From positions 7,329,870 to 7,393,869 of the forward strand of contig NC_090294.1 of the NCBI RefSeq assembly GCF_037392515.1: 64,000 bases of DNA. The letters are read 5' to 3'. Position numbers and translations under genes: made by a program. The notes under the pieces were generated by a model, which saw only the letters and a program-made list of their open reading frames with translations, was not told the DNA's origin and did not search any database. Position 1 is the first letter of the stretch, and each line of letters starts with the position of its first letter. Source of the DNA: Haliotis asinina (taxonomy: Eukaryota). Positions 61,985 to 64,000 of the stretch are shown here, piece after piece.

Positions 61985-63221
61985 ATATCAAAGATGTCGA
62001 CTAAATAAAATTCAAAATGAATAGGTTTGCCATGTTACAAGTCATTCATTAGCCTTTTTCCCCAAATATAACATGCTTTCAACGTATGCTTTCTGTGTAC
62101 GTTTATCTCATTTCCTTGCTTTGTACTGCAGCCTAAGTAAACTTATTCTCAGTACTTTTCGTTACACTCCACTACTGAGTATAACAAAACCTTATGGGAG
62201 GTCGCGTCAGGTAACCTTTGAGACTGACCAATCAGAACACAGTTTACCAAATCGCGAAAGTGCACATTCGCACATACCTTTTGAACTTCGTACCCGAACG
62301 ATTCCGAATGCTATTTAGCGTACGCTCGCTTAAGGGTGATGCTCACGGCGTACGTACAACCATGACAACGGTGAGTAAACAGTCGCTGAAAATAGTGTTT
62401 TTGGCAATATTCAAGGATGTTATCTGGCGGAAATATTAGCTAATGGTAACAATGTCCACAGAATCCCTAACGCGTATATAAATGCAAGTAAAATAACTGT
62501 ATTCTGTGCGGATTTTTGTTTGCGGAGAGATCCATGTCAGTGACGTGAATATTTTGGAAGTCCCTCCGATCCCTCAATAGTAGCCGTTGTGTGATTGGTT
62601 AAATCTATTTAACCGTCCCGCGTTTGACTGGACGGCCATTTGTCGCTCAAAGGTTACCTGACGCGACCTTCTACTAGGTTTTGTTAAACTCAGTGGTGGA
62701 GTGTAACGAAATACACAGATACTAAGTTTACTTAGACTGCTTTGTACTGTGACTACCATTTAGCAACATCTCAGCTATCCCTTCTCACAGCATTCAATGA
62801 ACATACACGTCAGCTTGTCCTGCTGTACCTCCATTCCCCACCCCGCCCGGCACTGACATCTCAAGTGCCCATTCGACTGCCACCGTCTCTGTCCTGTGAC
62901 ACGTGCACCTGCTGTCATTGAAACATGTTTGAGCAATCCTCGAGAAGCGTTTGCTGACAGATTTTGTACTGCAGAGTATTGAAGGACAAAGACCTAACTG
63001 CAGGAGACCGGGTATGGGCTGACTCGAACTTTCATCCAAATTCTAGTGGCACAACATTACCCCTACTCTGTAACAGAGCATTTCCTTCCGGACTGTTTGA
63101 GAAAAATAGCCTGTTGGCTATCCTTACATCATAAATCCAAGATACCGCAATAACTTTTGATGGATGGCATATTGGTATTTTGTGTCGCTGATTTTATCAT
63201 GTTCTTCCACATTTTCCACAG

Positions 63222-64000
63222 CTGGGCATTCTAGCTCTGCAACGTGTGTACGCCATTGACATCCAGGATCGCATGGTGAAGCCTATCGACATCGTCTGGT
63301 ACATCAACCTGGAACTAGAGGTCAAGGTTAACTTCCGGGAATCAGTGAAATCCAAGAAATCGCCCCAGTATGAACCTGAGCAAACCAGTACGGACATAGA
63401 TTCTAGTAAACAGAATCCAATAACCAGGTTCTCGCGTGACGAAGCAGTAAAACCGAGGATCACTGACAAAATGAATCAGTCTCGTTTCTCCAGAAACACT
63501 CATGACTCTCTGGAGCACGACAAGAGGTTAATGTATAAGACAGCTGATCGGACAGAACGTGAATTATTTCTGCTGGGCATGCTCACACGATCTAAAGCAA
63601 AAGGTGGCAAAAGATTTAGGGAACCTATCAACAGTTTTCGAAATCCAGTACATCGACATGACAAGTCTTCTAATGTAGTTGAAATGGTTCAGCAAGGGTC
63701 TGTACAATTTGTCGCTACAAACAAGTCTCAAAAGTCTGATACTCTCGGTACAAGAAACCCAAATTCTGGTACTTCCGGTACAGGAAACCCAAATTCTGGT
63801 TCTTCCGGTACAGGAAACCCAAACTTTGATAATTCCGGTGCGGGTCATCCCCAACAGGGCCGCCACTGGAACAGCAACATCCGACACCAGTCGTCCCAGC
63901 AGGCAAATGAACAGTCGAGTTTGAGCTTCTTCTTTGGAACAGTGATGGCCAGCGTGGCTCCCCCTATCGGGATCTGTGACATGCTAACATTGGTGGAACA
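63222..64000 (+). CDS. Open-ended coding segment (>=259 codons with no stop, running off the window 3' edge); encodes ...VKPIDIVWYINLELEVKVNFRESVKSKKSPQYEPEQTSTDIDSSKQNPITRFSRDEAVKPRITDKMNQSRFSRNTHDSLEHDKRLMYKTADRTERELFLLGMLTRSKAKGGKRFREPINSFRNPVHRHDKSSNVVEMVQQGSVQFVATNKSQKSDTLGTRNPNSGTSGTGNPNSGSSGTGNPNFDNSGAGHPQQGRHWNSNIRHQSSQQANEQSSLSFFFGTVMASVAPPIGICDMLTLVE
   Basis: The frame opens after TGA at 63189-63191. A strong acceptor ttcttccacattttccacag|CTGGGC lies at 63222, and the first in-frame ATG is at about 63272. It is absent from the ORF track only because it has no stop inside the window. It contains a 33-bp x3 coding repeat (GT(S/G)GTGNPNS). Confidence 0.45.
   Translation, partial: MGILALQRVYAIDIQDRMVKPIDIVWYINLELEVKVNFRESVKSKKSPQYEPEQTSTDIDSSKQNPITRFSRDEAVKPRITDKMNQSRFSRNTHDSLEHDKRLMYKTADRTERELFLLGMLTRSKAKGGKRFREPINSFRNPVHRHDKSSNVVEMVQQGSVQFVATNKSQKSDTLGTRNPNSGTSGTGNPNSGSSGTGNPNFDNSGAGHPQQGRHWNSNIRHQSSQQANEQSSLSFFFGTVMASVAPPIGICDMLTLVE

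Noticed and set aside
63197-63906. Minus-strand ORFs 63197..63469, 63564..63887, 63715..63906
   Set aside because: They are antisense to a much longer uninterrupted plus-strand frame with a good acceptor. Their peptides are dominated by the mirrored 33-bp repeat.

Overview
Eukaryotic (metazoan, probably molluscan-type) nuclear DNA, not prokaryotic. It has spliceable multi-exon genes, Tc1/mariner and LINE remnants, tRNA-derived SINEs and many micro/minisatellites.

Four things dominate the window.

(1) A head-to-tail tandem array of a 3,180-bp unit spans 1-19,080. There are 6 full copies, and the array probably continues 5' of the window. Copies are >99.8% identical, separated only by about 8 mosaic SNPs. 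Each unit carries a minus-strand ORF for a ~109-aa signal-peptide-bearing Gly/Tyr-rich low-complexity protein. The array edge decays through a deleted and diverged 7th copy (19,081 to about 20,115).

(2) A transposon graveyard occupies about 20-26 kb and 40-51 kb. It holds four copies of a ~1.17-kb non-autonomous TIR element (TIR TTAAAGGTCACATGCAAC), a LINE RT fragment, a near-intact Tc1-like element with 2 frameshifts (about 40.68-41.96 kb), a second Tc1 remnant (50.44-51.14 kb), and several tRNA-derived SINE families with (CACT)n tails.

(3) A 4-exon PC-esterase-domain (PCED1/FAM113-like) gene lies on the minus strand (29,754-36,797). All four intron junctions can be read directly. The introns carry a 20-bp minisatellite, a higher-order tandem repeat and a SINE inserted 10 bp from a splice donor.

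(4) There are candidate plus-strand coding segments at 55.2-57.9 kb (3 phase-compatible exons with PQQ/beta-propeller-like motifs), a 61,268-61,984 ORF, and an open-ended ORF at 63,222-64,000.

No rRNA or canonical tRNA gene was recognised. Repeats here are eukaryotic satellites and TEs, not CRISPR.
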